Sequence record: NC_049462.1 | Strand: one strand, 5' to 3' | Source of the DNA: Klebsiella phage Magnus | Length of the DNA: 64,000 nt | Shown here: positions 19,095-28,667 of the stretch, in pieces | Position numbering within the stretch: position 1 is the first letter of the stretch | Layout of the letters: each line of letters starts with the position of its first letter | The notes under the pieces: model-generated | What the model was told of the DNA's origin: nothing | Seen by the model: only the letters and a program-made list of their open reading frames with translations | The model's database searches: none | Translations under genes and position numbers: made by a program

Positions 19095-19680
19095 GTAATT
19101 TGGACGGGCTTCTCACCCGATTGTGCATTTGATCTGCCGTAGCCCAACTCCCCGCGTCGTAACGCCGATTGGTTAACCGGCAACCAGTGCCTTCTGGTTC
19201 GATCTCCTGGAACTTTACAGGCTTCGCGCCAAACCATTTCTGGTAGTTGGGGCATCGTTTCCGATGTGGAGTCACCCCATTTTTACACAGCTGGCTGCAA
19301 CGCTTACTGTGTTTGTATCAGAGTGTCCGGTGTAGCATTCCGTGAGGTGCGCACTACTGTAGCCTCTACACTCTGAATTTGTATGAAGTGGGAATCACTC
19401 TCCTGGGCGTCTGTATCCTGCAACCTTACATTGGCAGCTATCGCGCGATTCACACTTCCGAAGGCGCTTCGAGACACTCCACTTCAATTTGGTCCGGAAC
19501 CCGGTTCTGGGCCACGCTTGAGGACATCGGCCGTCCTTCCTCAGCTAATCAACCGGGTTCCAGATTTGGTGGGCGTTACTTTCGTCGGTTTCAGATTCCG
19601 TTCGGCTATTGGACGTTGTCCCAAAGAACTTGTCGGTCGCTTACTTCGTGCTTACTCGCTTTCGTTTCACACCCATTGTC

Positions 19681-19756
19681 TGGCGATGGTGGCAGGACTT
19701 GAACCTGCGACATACGATTTAACAGACCGCCGTTCTACCGACTGAACTACACCATC
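19681..19756 (-). tRNA. tRNA-Asn (anticodon GTT)
   Basis: Acceptor GATGGTG/CACCATC, D-arm GTTCAGTCGGTAGAAC, anticodon loop CTGTTAA, T-arm GCAGGTTCAAGTCCTGC, encoded CCA. Confidence 0.8.
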
Positions 19757-19763
19757 ATCAATT

Positions 19764-19849
19764 TGGTGGAAGATACAGGATTCGAACCTGTGCAACCTTT
19801 CGGTTGTACACCTTAGCAGGGTGCTGCAATACCGCTCTGCCAATCTTCC
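19764..19849 (-). tRNA. tRNA-Ser (anticodon GCT), type II with a long variable arm
   Basis: Acceptor GGAAGAT/ATCTTCC, anticodon loop CTGCTAA, 16-nt variable arm ACAACCGAAAGGTTGC, T-arm ACAGGTTCGAATCCTGT, encoded CCA. Confidence 0.8.
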
Positions 19850-20052
19850 TATTTATTCGCTTCTATGGCTCGAAGTTGCTTCTCAGCGTCTTCTTTGGAG
19901 TCATGTGTTCCCAAAACCTTTGTTTTGGTATGGTCCAACACAACCCAATGATCACCACGCTTTTCAACAAACTCAACTATCGGCTCGTCATTACATTCAC
20001 TGAGATAATCACTGAACGATTTCATCATACTCACCAATTGTTTATTGAACAA
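19849..20052 (-). CDS. small hypothetical protein (<=67 aa) between tRNA genes
   Basis: ORF-track entry with a non-ATG start; an internal Met start is possible; the stop overlaps the tRNA-Ser 5' end by 1 nt. Confidence 0.3.
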   Translation of the reverse strand: MFNKQLVSMMKSFSDYLSECNDEPIVEFVEKRGDHWVVLDHTKTKVLGTHDSKEDAEKQLRAIEANK

Positions 20053-20201
20053 CTGGTTTATTTATTCTGTAACCAACAGCAGTTTTTGTCATAGTGAAAT
20101 TATTGCCATCACCATCTTTATACAAAACACCATCAGATTTTTCGTTCAAAGACTGTTCTGAACGGCGAATCTTTTCTTTTAATGATACTTTGCCTTTCAT
20201 G
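20043..20201 (-). CDS. small hypothetical protein (52 aa) between tRNA genes
   Basis: Hand-translated 'MKGKVSLKEKIRRSEQSLNEKSDGVLYKDGDGNNFTMTKTAVGYRINKPVVQ'. Confidence 0.25.
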
Positions 20202-20216
20202 TTCAATCTCTTATTT

Positions 20217-20293
<77 letters not shown>

Positions 20294-20296
20294 ATA

Positions 20297-20372
<76 letters not shown>

Positions 20373-20399
20373 AAAATCTTTTAATTCATATTGTCGTGG

Positions 20400-23300
20400 A
20401 CAATACCAAGACAGAGGGTTGGAATCTCTTATCCTATAGCGACCCATAAACCGTTTGATCAGTCCGGCCTAAAGGATTACCCACGACAATATGAACTGTT
20501 TACTCTTTGGTCTGGGGGAGGATTTACCTCCCCCATTCCTCCCGGTTTGGGCAGCGATCTCTCACTCAACCAGGGCGCCGGCAAATTTTAGATCAATTCT
20601 ACAGGTTTGTAACCGCGCTGTCGCCAAGTCATGTTGCTTCTCCTATCATTATTTGACCGCACTTATGGCGGGCCGGGTTTTAATAGTTGAGTTGTGATCA
20701 ACCAAGGGCTGCTAGACCTTTTATCCCGTTTGCGCATGATCAGTTCATGCGAGTCTTATCAAGCACCTTACGGCAACTCTTCTGGATGTCATCGCCCTGC
20801 TGCCAGGCTCATCCCAGGAGTTTATTTTTCCAGGGCTTTCCACTTACAAGTCTTAACCAGACCGGGATACGGGCTTGTAAGATCGGGTTGGACACAACTT
20901 TGAGGACACTGACGACGTCTACTAGTCACCCATAACTGATATTCGGATGCCAGTATCCTCAAAGTTGCAACCAATGTCGCAACTCGCACCTGAGTGAAAG
21001 TCAGGCACTTGTCTATTCGCTAGACCAGGCTGTTTGGTGTCGGGTGCCTCCCGATGACCTTAACACGGAAAATAAGGCCGGGTGTGATGAAACCATCAGA
21101 CTCAAGGAGATGAGACTATTCCGTTCCCTCTTGCGCTTAGCAGAATTCACCAAACATAGCAGCATCTATACAGAAGCAACTTGTCCTCTAACGCTCGGAC
21201 CAAACGAGGCTGGCTGGTTGATTCAGAGCCGCTGGTTGCTCCAGCAAGCATGGGTTGATAGCCCGGCAACATAGAATCACCCAAAGATGAAGAACATTCA
21301 TGACTCACACCACACCACGAATGGCCTGAAAGAGAATCGAACTCTTTAAATGCTCTTCATTTTGTGAACTTGAGAATACTACGCCTGTCTCGGGTTTCCC
21401 CTTAGTTCGGCCTCCCAGTCCTCGCCGCGCCGGGTAGCTAACCCTGATGGCTCGTCTGCTACTGAGTTCTTCTTGGTGCCCACCAGTGTCCGGAATGTGT
21501 AGGCATCGCAATCTGCAAGGCATGGTCTTTTTCACCCAATGCTCTCTCAAGTTCACAAATCGAAGTGCCCTGACTCAACAGTTGTGGCCCAACATATTGT
21601 TATCGTCTACCGGGCTGGCCGTCCACTTTGTAGATCAACCTTTGGGTTTAAGATAAATTGTCAAGGCACTTCGATTTGTGTGGATGTCATGCAAGACCGG
21701 GTGTCTGCCAGATCACCAGACATTGTGTTCAGTTTTGAACAGAGGCTGTAGGGTTATGAACCGCAACATGTCTTCAAACCTTGCACAATGAAATGTCATC
21801 TCAGTCCTGAATCACGTTCACGGTGGTGAGCCACTACAAGTGAGAACCGATTTGCATTTACCTTGCACTCCATCTTTGAGAGCATTCAGTGTACAACAGG
21901 CTCCGATATTGACTAGCGCTATTCCGGCGTCGGATTTAAGTTGCCTTTCCCCTGAAGTTCCATGCAGTTTCGCGTCTGACGCGGAATGCCCTCAAAGATG
22001 GAGCCGTTTTAGGGAGTCGAACCCAAATGTTCGGCCAGCGCTGACCTTACATCCCATCTGACTTAGGCAACCCACCTCTGCTTACTCAGGAGCTTATCCC
22101 CTTTGGACAGTCAGATATAACGGCATTTTATTTAACAATTCATTCAACTGATAACTTCAGGGGACCACTCTCATCTCCCCACATTTCGACCGCCCGGGAC
22201 GGTTTAGTGGTACGTCACTTGGTCTGTTACATGGTAGGAGCCGATTCTCCCTCGAATTACCTCTTGTCTGTATGCCTACAAACAATTTCACAGATTGCTG
22301 ACAAGTTATCATGTGAATGAATTGTCATTGCGTTGGCCGGTTACGTTTATCCGGCGTCTTTCGACCGTTTGCCCTTCTCACTTCCCCGACCAAACCGGAA
22401 CAGTGGGGAACTACGCAACCAAATGGTTTCTGCTATCAGCTTCATCAGGCGTAGTGTGTTCCGGCCCGGATACCTACTTGAAAGGCGGTGGTATCGTATG
22501 CTCATTGTGTGGTGGCCGGTGCTGATCTCCGGCTTTGCTTTATTGATGAGTCACCATCCCCCGCCCTAACTGCGTTTAGTTCACAATGGTGTGACTAATT
22601 CACCACCGCTTATCTCAGTCCGCAGAAACAAGGTCCCTACTACGCTTTTCAGTGTGATCTGCACTTAGTTCGCGCCCCAGGACAGCATTGGGAAAGCAAG
22701 CTATTGAACACGCGCATCAGCCTGCGCATTCACCACAACGGAAAGGGCACTGAGAGAAAGGAATCGAACCTTTAATGCGACTGGCCATTCATCTGAGTCG
22801 TCCGCTTCTTGGCTCCGTCTACCAATTTCCGGCACTACTCAATGCTCTTACCTGTTGTGTGCCCTGACTTATTAATCACATCTCAGGGCCGCAATGCGCC
22901 AGATTCTGTTACAGGGAACTGGAATACCCCGCTGACTTATAGGCTATTACGCCGCCATCAGAACTACATCATCGTTTGCATTTATCTTTGTGGTCAGTTT
23001 CTAAAAACCCGCAAAGTCGCGCACAACGAGAACGAAAACCTGTTTGAGCACAAGACACCATGTCCTGGATCACATCGAAGTGTTTGTCTAATGCCCAAAC
23101 AGCTTTTCGCTTCAGTGGGTTAACTATACTTTGTTAACCCTTATTGACAAAACTTTTTATTTGCCGGAACTTACGCATCCGGCCTCGTCCTGTTGGCGCT
23201 CCTAGAATCCGGGAAGACAGTAGGAACAATTATGTTACCAACAGGAAACCTTTGTGTTGCCCTTTGACGCAACATTATGAACCCTCTTTAGAAGACTCAT

Positions 23301-23585
23301 AATGTTGTCGGTGTGATGAGGATTACCAGCCCTCGACCTTCCCATCGTGCGGTGTCGACTCGCCGCCGGGATGCTCTCGTCTCCGCTTTGCGGGTACTTT
23401 TCTGAGCTAATCACACTTTCAACAGGGAGTTTCGTTCTCCGACGGTTAGTGCGTCCACCAACACCAGCAGGGTTACTGCGCTGCCTCTATTCACACAAGC
23501 CCCTGAGACTAGGGGTTAACTGGTTTCGGGTTCAAGCCTACTCCCACTGTGCTGTTTCCCTTGAAATTTTATGATACTACAACAC
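20400..23585. ncRNA. Candidate large structured non-coding RNA region (one or several RNAs); it has no convincing ORFs and is rich in long-range helices
   Basis: No ORF >=60 aa on the gene-sense (minus) strand except an Arg-rich 83-aa artefact. Perfect or near-perfect long-range inverted repeats at 21553-21568/21664-21679 (16 bp), 21867-21886/21984-22003 (19 of 20) and 20895-20906/20956-20967 (12 bp), plus many local hairpins. T-arm-like motifs at about 21341-21356, 22011-22024 and 22763-22779. GC is higher than the flanks by eye. Confidence 0.35.
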
Positions 23586-23587
23586 GG

Positions 23588-23761
23588 CTAATTTGAAAAG
23601 TCCTCTCCTCTTGAGCAACAGGACCTGAAATCCTGCGGCGAACCTCTGCTCAAAACCCGGTGCGCTATCGAAGGCGCTTTACCAGAGTAAACATCGGGTG
23701 TTCCCAGGAGAGTGAAGGCCATCCCGATGATGAGGATAAGGAGTAACGCTATGATTGTCAT
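23588..23761 (-). CDS. small hydrophobic membrane peptide (57 aa)
   Basis: Hand-translated 'MTIIALLLILIIGMAFTLLGTPDVYSGK...' with a strong RBS (GGGAGGGAACAGT) 5 nt before the ATG. Confidence 0.45.
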   Translation of the reverse strand: MTIIALLLILIIGMAFTLLGTPDVYSGKAPSIAHRVLSRGSPQDFRSCCSRGEDFSN

Positions 23762-23818
23762 ACTGTTCCCTCCCTTCCATGCAACTTACTTTACTGTAAT
23801 TCTGTATTGAATAAAGCG

Positions 23819-24427
23819 TTATTTTACCACAGAAAACTTCACAACCTTCTCTAGGATAAACACATATTCCTGAGCAGCTGCATTCGACATATAATGCGTA
23901 GACGGAATAGAATGTGAATTCGTTGTTTCGCCCAGATTAACACGGTCACACCAGCCATTGATGGCATTACCGTAGAAGCCGATGATCGCAACGAAGTAGA
24001 TGCGCTGACTTTCTGGTTCCAGAACATAGTTGATCGTGAACGCAGTGTCCGTGCGGACGGCTTCCAGTTTGATCCCAATACGACATTCCGGCATGTTGGG
24101 ACGAACATATAAATGACGGAAGCGGTCGCGGCGGGCGGTGGAAGATTGTTCCAGTTCGTTGCGGAACTCACTCGTGACGTCGATGTTAAATGAAAAGGTG
24201 TTGTGTTTCATATCGGAACGAGCAAGGGAAACCGCATTGTCGATAACGCGACGGAAATTTACCCCTTTATTTGTCAGGAGTTTAACTTCCTCAGCAATTG
24301 TCGTCAAAGAAATTTTGGTGGCTTGTTGTCCTTCATATTTTTCTAATAAAGGAATGATGTGTTTCATAACTGCGGTGTTAATGTGCATAATAAGATCCTC
24401 TTGTAGAATTGAAATAAACACCATCAT
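23819..24427 (-). CDS. hypothetical protein (190-202 aa)
   Basis: ORF; the start is probably at MHINTAV (24388). Confidence 0.5.
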   Translation of the reverse strand: MMVFISILQEDLIMHINTAVMKHIIPLLEKYEGQQATKISLTTIAEEVKLLTNKGVNFRRVIDNAVSLARSDMKHNTFSFNIDVTSEFRNELEQSSTARRDRFRHLYVRPNMPECRIGIKLEAVRTDTAFTINYVLEPESQRIYFVAIIGFYGNAINGWCDRVNLGETTNSHSIPSTHYMSNAAAQEYVFILEKVVKFSVVK

Positions 24428-24695
24428 TATAATAGAACGAATGTTATTGAATATTGGTCTCTAAATTACAGGAGTGTTTTATTAATAGGCAGAAACTACT
24501 TTTCTAACACATCTCTAGACTGTATGCTAACGCTGTGCCCTTCGAGTTGTGAGTGTCAACGAACAACGAGAAGCAGCCTCCCTGGCTGTGGAAGGGTGCC
24601 AGCCCGCACAGGGCGGTCTTACGAGCGAAGCGAGTTGATTAATATATTTGATAATAACGCGCGCGCGAGCAAATCCCTTTCTCTGTCTTCAACAG

Positions 24696-24703
24696 CTAAA
24701 TAT
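24696..24703 (+). promoter_or_regulatory. late-promoter-like motif CTAAATAT upstream of the gp6-like gene
   Basis: Matches the recurring CTAAATA(c/t) element found 20-45 nt upstream of structural gene starts. Confidence 0.4.
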
Positions 24704-24742
24704 CTCCAACACCATATTCAAACTTGTGTGACGGAGATTAAC

Positions 24743-26524
24743 ATGGCTACACAAACAGTTCCTTCACTCGACGTCAGGGCTTTCGAATACATTATCAAGC
24801 AGCGTATGAAAGCTGATCCGACCTTCAAGGATTATGACTTTGAAGGATCTGGTCTCAGTGCTATCATCCGTCTGCTTGCCTCTGACGCGAATGCTATCGG
24901 CTTTATGCAGAATATGCTGAACGGAGAAAGTCACCTCCAATCGGCTCAACAACGTTCAAATGTTGGCTTGTCATCTGCATTCTTGTCGTACACCCCTGAG
25001 AACTATCAGGCGGCGTACATGTATGCAAATGTTAAAGTCACTCCATACGACGCGACCACAGCACCAAGCGAAATCATCATGGATCGCAAAGTTATGTTTG
25101 TTGGGGCCAAAGATGGGAAGTCTTACAACTTCACCGTTGAAAAACCTGTGTCCACAACCCTGCGACCAGAAGGGTATTATCTTTTTGAGAATGTGAAACT
25201 CATTCAGGGTGATTGGCTTTACAAAACGTATGATGTTGAAGGTAGCGCGATCAGTACATACAAGATTCCATCTACTAATGTAGACATCAATCATCTGGTT
25301 ATCAACGTGCAGGAATCTGAGACTTCTGATGTTTCTTACACGTTTGATCGTTACAACAGTCCGTTTGATCTGAATCAATACGCTCGTCTTTATTTCGTGG
25401 AATTGGGCCTTGATGGCTTCTACACTTTTGAATTTGGGGATGGTTATATTTGCCGTCGTGTTGAAGACGGGAACGTCGTGTTCTTACAGTATCTGGAGAC
25501 TTCCGGCGCGGACGGCAACGATATCACTTCAGTTTCATCCGCGACTGCGATTGCTGGGAACAACCTGGTAGATATCGAACTCGTATCGGAAAGAAGCGCA
25601 GGCGGTACTGATCCAGAGTCCATAGAGGATACCAAGCGTCTTGCCCCTCTGAGCTATCAGGCGGACGGCGCAGCAGTAGCCGAAACAGACTATGCCTACC
25701 TGACAGAGAAACTCTTCTCGAACGTTCTACGGGCTAAAGGCTATGGTGGAGATACGCTCAATCCACCGGACCCTGGTTATGTTTACATCGCTGTAATCCC
25801 AACTGTGGGTGAAACACTTTCCGATGCCGAGAAAGCCGATATCGTGTCTACTCTTGACAAATATAATGTCGGTTCTATAACTCCAAAGGTTGTGGACGCC
25901 GAAGTCACGTATATCCAGGTCAATGCCACGATATTCTGGGACCCGACGGCAACAGCGTATGCTGAAGACGGGTTGAAAACTCTCGTCAAGAAAGGTGTTG
26001 TAACCTGGGGAACCAATAATCTCGACAATTTTGATGAGCTGTTTGACAAAGAAGTTTTACAAAACGCCATAACAGATATGGAGCGTTCCATCGTTTCCAA
26101 TATTACTTCTGTCGCGTACAAGCGTCACTTCAAACCAGAATATGGTGTTCTTGACAGTTTTACATTTGATTTCGGTCGTTCCATCAAATCTGGCTCGGTT
26201 GTTATCAACGGGTTCAAGCCGCTTCCAGCTGAAGTTGACTTCACTTATTACATCCGGGATGTAAATGGTGTTCTCAATATGTACAAGGTCAGCACTTCTG
26301 ATACGACGAAGGAATATCTGGCGCAGGCTGTTGGTGTCGTTGATTACGCAAATGGCGTCGTTGAACTTCAGCAGATCACAGTTTCAAACTATGATGAAGG
26401 TGGCGCGGCTATTGTCGTATCCCCAGAAGGATTGAATCAGAACATCCAGGTTGCGTCCAATCAGGTTCTTCGTATTGGTGATGTAACCGTAGACGCGGAG
26501 GTCCGCTATGTCCAAAGATCTTAA
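24743..26524 (+). CDS. 6: baseplate wedge protein, T4 gp6-like (593 aa)
   Basis: 'FKDYDFEGSGLSAIIRLLA' matches T4 gp6 'FLDYDFEGSRLNVLCDLLA'; size is similar (T4 gp6 is 660 aa); an ACGGAG RBS lies 6 nt upstream of ATG 24743. Confidence 0.7.
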   Translation: MATQTVPSLDVRAFEYIIKQRMKADPTFKDYDFEGSGLSAIIRLLASDANAIGFMQNMLNGESHLQSAQQRSNVGLSSAFLSYTPENYQAAYMYANVKVTPYDATTAPSEIIMDRKVMFVGAKDGKSYNFTVEKPVSTTLRPEGYYLFENVKLIQGDWLYKTYDVEGSAISTYKIPSTNVDINHLVINVQESETSDVSYTFDRYNSPFDLNQYARLYFVELGLDGFYTFEFGDGYICRRVEDGNVVFLQYLETSGADGNDITSVSSATAIAGNNLVDIELVSERSAGGTDPESIEDTKRLAPLSYQADGAAVAETDYAYLTEKLFSNVLRAKGYGGDTLNPPDPGYVYIAVIPTVGETLSDAEKADIVSTLDKYNVGSITPKVVDAEVTYIQVNATIFWDPTATAYAEDGLKTLVKKGVVTWGTNNLDNFDELFDKEVLQNAITDMERSIVSNITSVAYKRHFKPEYGVLDSFTFDFGRSIKSGSVVINGFKPLPAEVDFTYYIRDVNGVLNMYKVSTSDTTKEYLAQAVGVVDYANGVVELQQITVSNYDEGGAAIVVSPEGLNQNIQVASNQVLRIGDVTVDAEVRYVQRS

Positions 26525-27359
26525 TAACGGACATCTGGGCGTCAAATATGAGACGCCGTTGTTCTATCAGAACGATTTCCCTCTGTTCATTGAGTTCATG
26601 GATACGTTCTTCAATTGGCTGTACCGCCAAAATGGTTTCACTGAAGAAGAAATCCTTGCTTACCTGGCAGACACCAGTTGGCTGAATCCGGCTAGTGACG
26701 CCAGCCCGCTGATGCAGCTGGTAGACCTGAAGATACAGAAGACGCCCGGTACTGCTGCGCGTGATATGCTCCTTGACAAATATCTGGTCAGGACATTTGA
26801 GCAAATGATGGCGCTTGATACTGAAGAATTGTTGGACTCTGATGGGCGTCCTCTATTTTCACCTGAAGACAAGAACTCAAGCATTGATGCCTGGTACAAA
26901 GAATTTGGGTTTCAGCGCACAGTTGATAAATCTTTTCCTGAATTTGGGTTCTTTGTTCCAGAAGGTTCTGATGGTCTTGTTACAGCTGACGGTAATCAGT
27001 TCTCCGTTTACATCGAGGGGACGCGCCGCCGGACATTAGACCACACCCGTTGGCTGAAATTGTTGAAGCATATCTATAAAATACGGGGTACGCAGAAAGC
27101 GATAGAATTGTTCTTCTGGATTTATTTCGGTGTTCCTGTTACTGTGTATTATCCAAAAGAAGATTTGGCTGGTCTGGATGCTAACTTTGATTGTGATGGC
27201 GAAGTTGGTCTTCGTGATGATTACTATTATGACGAATACACATATGTCATAAGAATACCTGGCGATGTAGCAGATTTCGAAGGTGTATTCGAGCGTGTGT
27301 TCCGTCAACACTTCCATCCATCTGGTTTCAAAGTATTCCTCGAAAGCACTAGGAGTTAA
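26508..27359 (+). CDS. putative baseplate/tail-associated protein (283 aa)
   Basis: ORF translationally coupled to the gp6-like gene (GGAGG RBS, overlapping stop/start). Confidence 0.5.
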   Translation: MSKDLNNGHLGVKYETPLFYQNDFPLFIEFMDTFFNWLYRQNGFTEEEILAYLADTSWLNPASDASPLMQLVDLKIQKTPGTAARDMLLDKYLVRTFEQMMALDTEELLDSDGRPLFSPEDKNSSIDAWYKEFGFQRTVDKSFPEFGFFVPEGSDGLVTADGNQFSVYIEGTRRRTLDHTRWLKLLKHIYKIRGTQKAIELFFWIYFGVPVTVYYPKEDLAGLDANFDCDGEVGLRDDYYYDEYTYVIRIPGDVADFEGVFERVFRQHFHPSGFKVFLESTRS

Positions 27360-27362
27360 GAA

Positions 27363-28616
27363 ATGGCTGATTATCTGAGCAAATATACAGGCCAGCAGAT
27401 AGATAAAATTCTAGATGCGGTCGATGGAAAATTAAACAAAGCTGATGTCGTAAATGATATCACGGTAGATGACGATCTGTCTCCGGCGTCAGCACATCTT
27501 ACGTTCGTCTTGAAATATGCTATTGATACAATGAACGACGTTTTGAGCAACAAAGTCGTTCGAACCGATGGACAAGAACAAACGATAAACGGGAAAAAGT
27601 CGTTTGCATCAGTGCTGAATGCAAATGGTGGCATCTTAGTCCCGACCCAACGCTCCATAACGATCACAGATGAACCTGTGGCCAACACGGATGCGGTGAA
27701 TCTCAGCATGTTGAAAAAGCACGGGCTGAGCACTGTTGACTCCGTTGGTACGGGGTCGGGTCTTAAAATTTCTTTACTTTCGAACGGATACAACAAATTG
27801 GAAGTTGATCTTTCTAATCTTGTTGTAAGGACTGACTCAGCACTCCCTCAGTCTCTGGCCGTGTACTCTCCAACAGGCGGGTCTCAAATATGGTCTATGA
27901 CAAGTCTGTTTAACAGCGTATTCGCGGACACTCGTTTCAACGATTACGTGAAGGTTGTAGATTATGATTCAGATATGCTGAACATTGAAACGCAATTTAC
28001 CAGCGTCAATAATCGCATAAACCTGAAACTGGATACATCCACTTATACGACGAAAATGACCAGTCTGGATTCTCAGATAGCGAATTTACAATCTGGGAAA
28101 GTAGATAATACGACGTATACGGCGAAAATGACGAGTCTTGACAGTCAAATCAGTGGTCTGTCTACGAATAAGGTCGACAAAACCACGTATGACACCAAAA
28201 TGACGAGTCTTGACAGTCAAATCAGTGGTCTGTCTTCAAACAAAGTAGATGTATCAACGTATACTACTGATATGAACGCCGTGAATTTAGCGCTGGCGGG
28301 TTCGGTAAAATTGGCCAAAACCAACACCACCAGTACTTCTGTCCCGGCATCTGGTAGTGCTGCATTGCCAGATTTCACTTTGGTGAATCTGTGTCAAATT
28401 TTGATTACGGCCAAATGGGGCACATTGGTTGATACGTTCTTGGTCACAATGACGTATGACGGTACTCTTCAGGCGACATCTTTGACACAAAAAAGTACGG
28501 CAGGGACTTTGTCATTCGCAGGTTCTGTTGTTTCAGGTAAACTGCGTCTGACAATGACCAACGCTAATACAACAACCGCAGCATCTGTTGATTACTCACT
28601 TCGTGCTTCTTTCTAA
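27363..28616 (+). CDS. tail fiber protein with three tandem 24-aa repeats (417 aa)
   Basis: Repeats TYTTKMTSLDSQIANLQSGKVDNT / TYTAKMTSLDSQISGLSTNKVDKT / TYDTKMTSLDSQISGLSSNKVDVS; a fiber-like N-terminus 'VNLSMLKKHG'. Confidence 0.6.
   Translation: MADYLSKYTGQQIDKILDAVDGKLNKADVVNDITVDDDLSPASAHLTFVLKYAIDTMNDVLSNKVVRTDGQEQTINGKKSFASVLNANGGILVPTQRSITITDEPVANTDAVNLSMLKKHGLSTVDSVGTGSGLKISLLSNGYNKLEVDLSNLVVRTDSALPQSLAVYSPTGGSQIWSMTSLFNSVFADTRFNDYVKVVDYDSDMLNIETQFTSVNNRINLKLDTSTYTTKMTSLDSQIANLQSGKVDNTTYTAKMTSLDSQISGLSTNKVDKTTYDTKMTSLDSQISGLSSNKVDVSTYTTDMNAVNLALAGSVKLAKTNTTSTSVPASGSAALPDFTLVNLCQILITAKWGTLVDTFLVTMTYDGTLQATSLTQKSTAGTLSFAGSVVSGKLRLTMTNANTTTAASVDYSLRASF
28041..28256 (+). repeat. 3 x 72-bp tandem direct repeats inside the fiber gene
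   Basis: The 39-mer AAAATGACGAGTCTTGACAGTCAAATCAGTGGTCTGTCT is identical at 28125-28163 and 28197-28235. Confidence 0.8.
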
Positions 28617-28624
28617 ATCTTAAA

Positions 28625-28632
28625 CTAAATAC
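28625..28632 (+). promoter_or_regulatory. late-promoter-like motif CTAAATAC, followed by the hairpin CCCCTAG...CTAGGGG (28632-28668) and the leader TATTTTCAAATGGC
   Basis: The same three-part leader is repeated at 31557-31601. Confidence 0.45.
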
Positions 28633-28667
28633 CCCTAGACGATTACATGTGCTAGGGGTATTTTCAA

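Noticed and set aside
21305-21556. 83-aa minus-strand ORF inside the structured-RNA region
   Set aside because: The translation is Arg/Gly-rich ('RRGLGGRTKGKPETG'), has no RBS and overlaps a long-range helix. It is most likely non-coding.
20391-23574. Plus-strand ORFs of 66-104 aa across the ORF-free zone (e.g. 22809-23123, 104 aa)
   Set aside because: They are on the wrong strand relative to flanking genes, have Arg/Ser/Cys/Pro-rich low-complexity translations and no RBS, and overlap each other. This is typical of GC-rich non-coding sequence. Ribosomal RNA was also considered and rejected: universal 16S motifs are absent.
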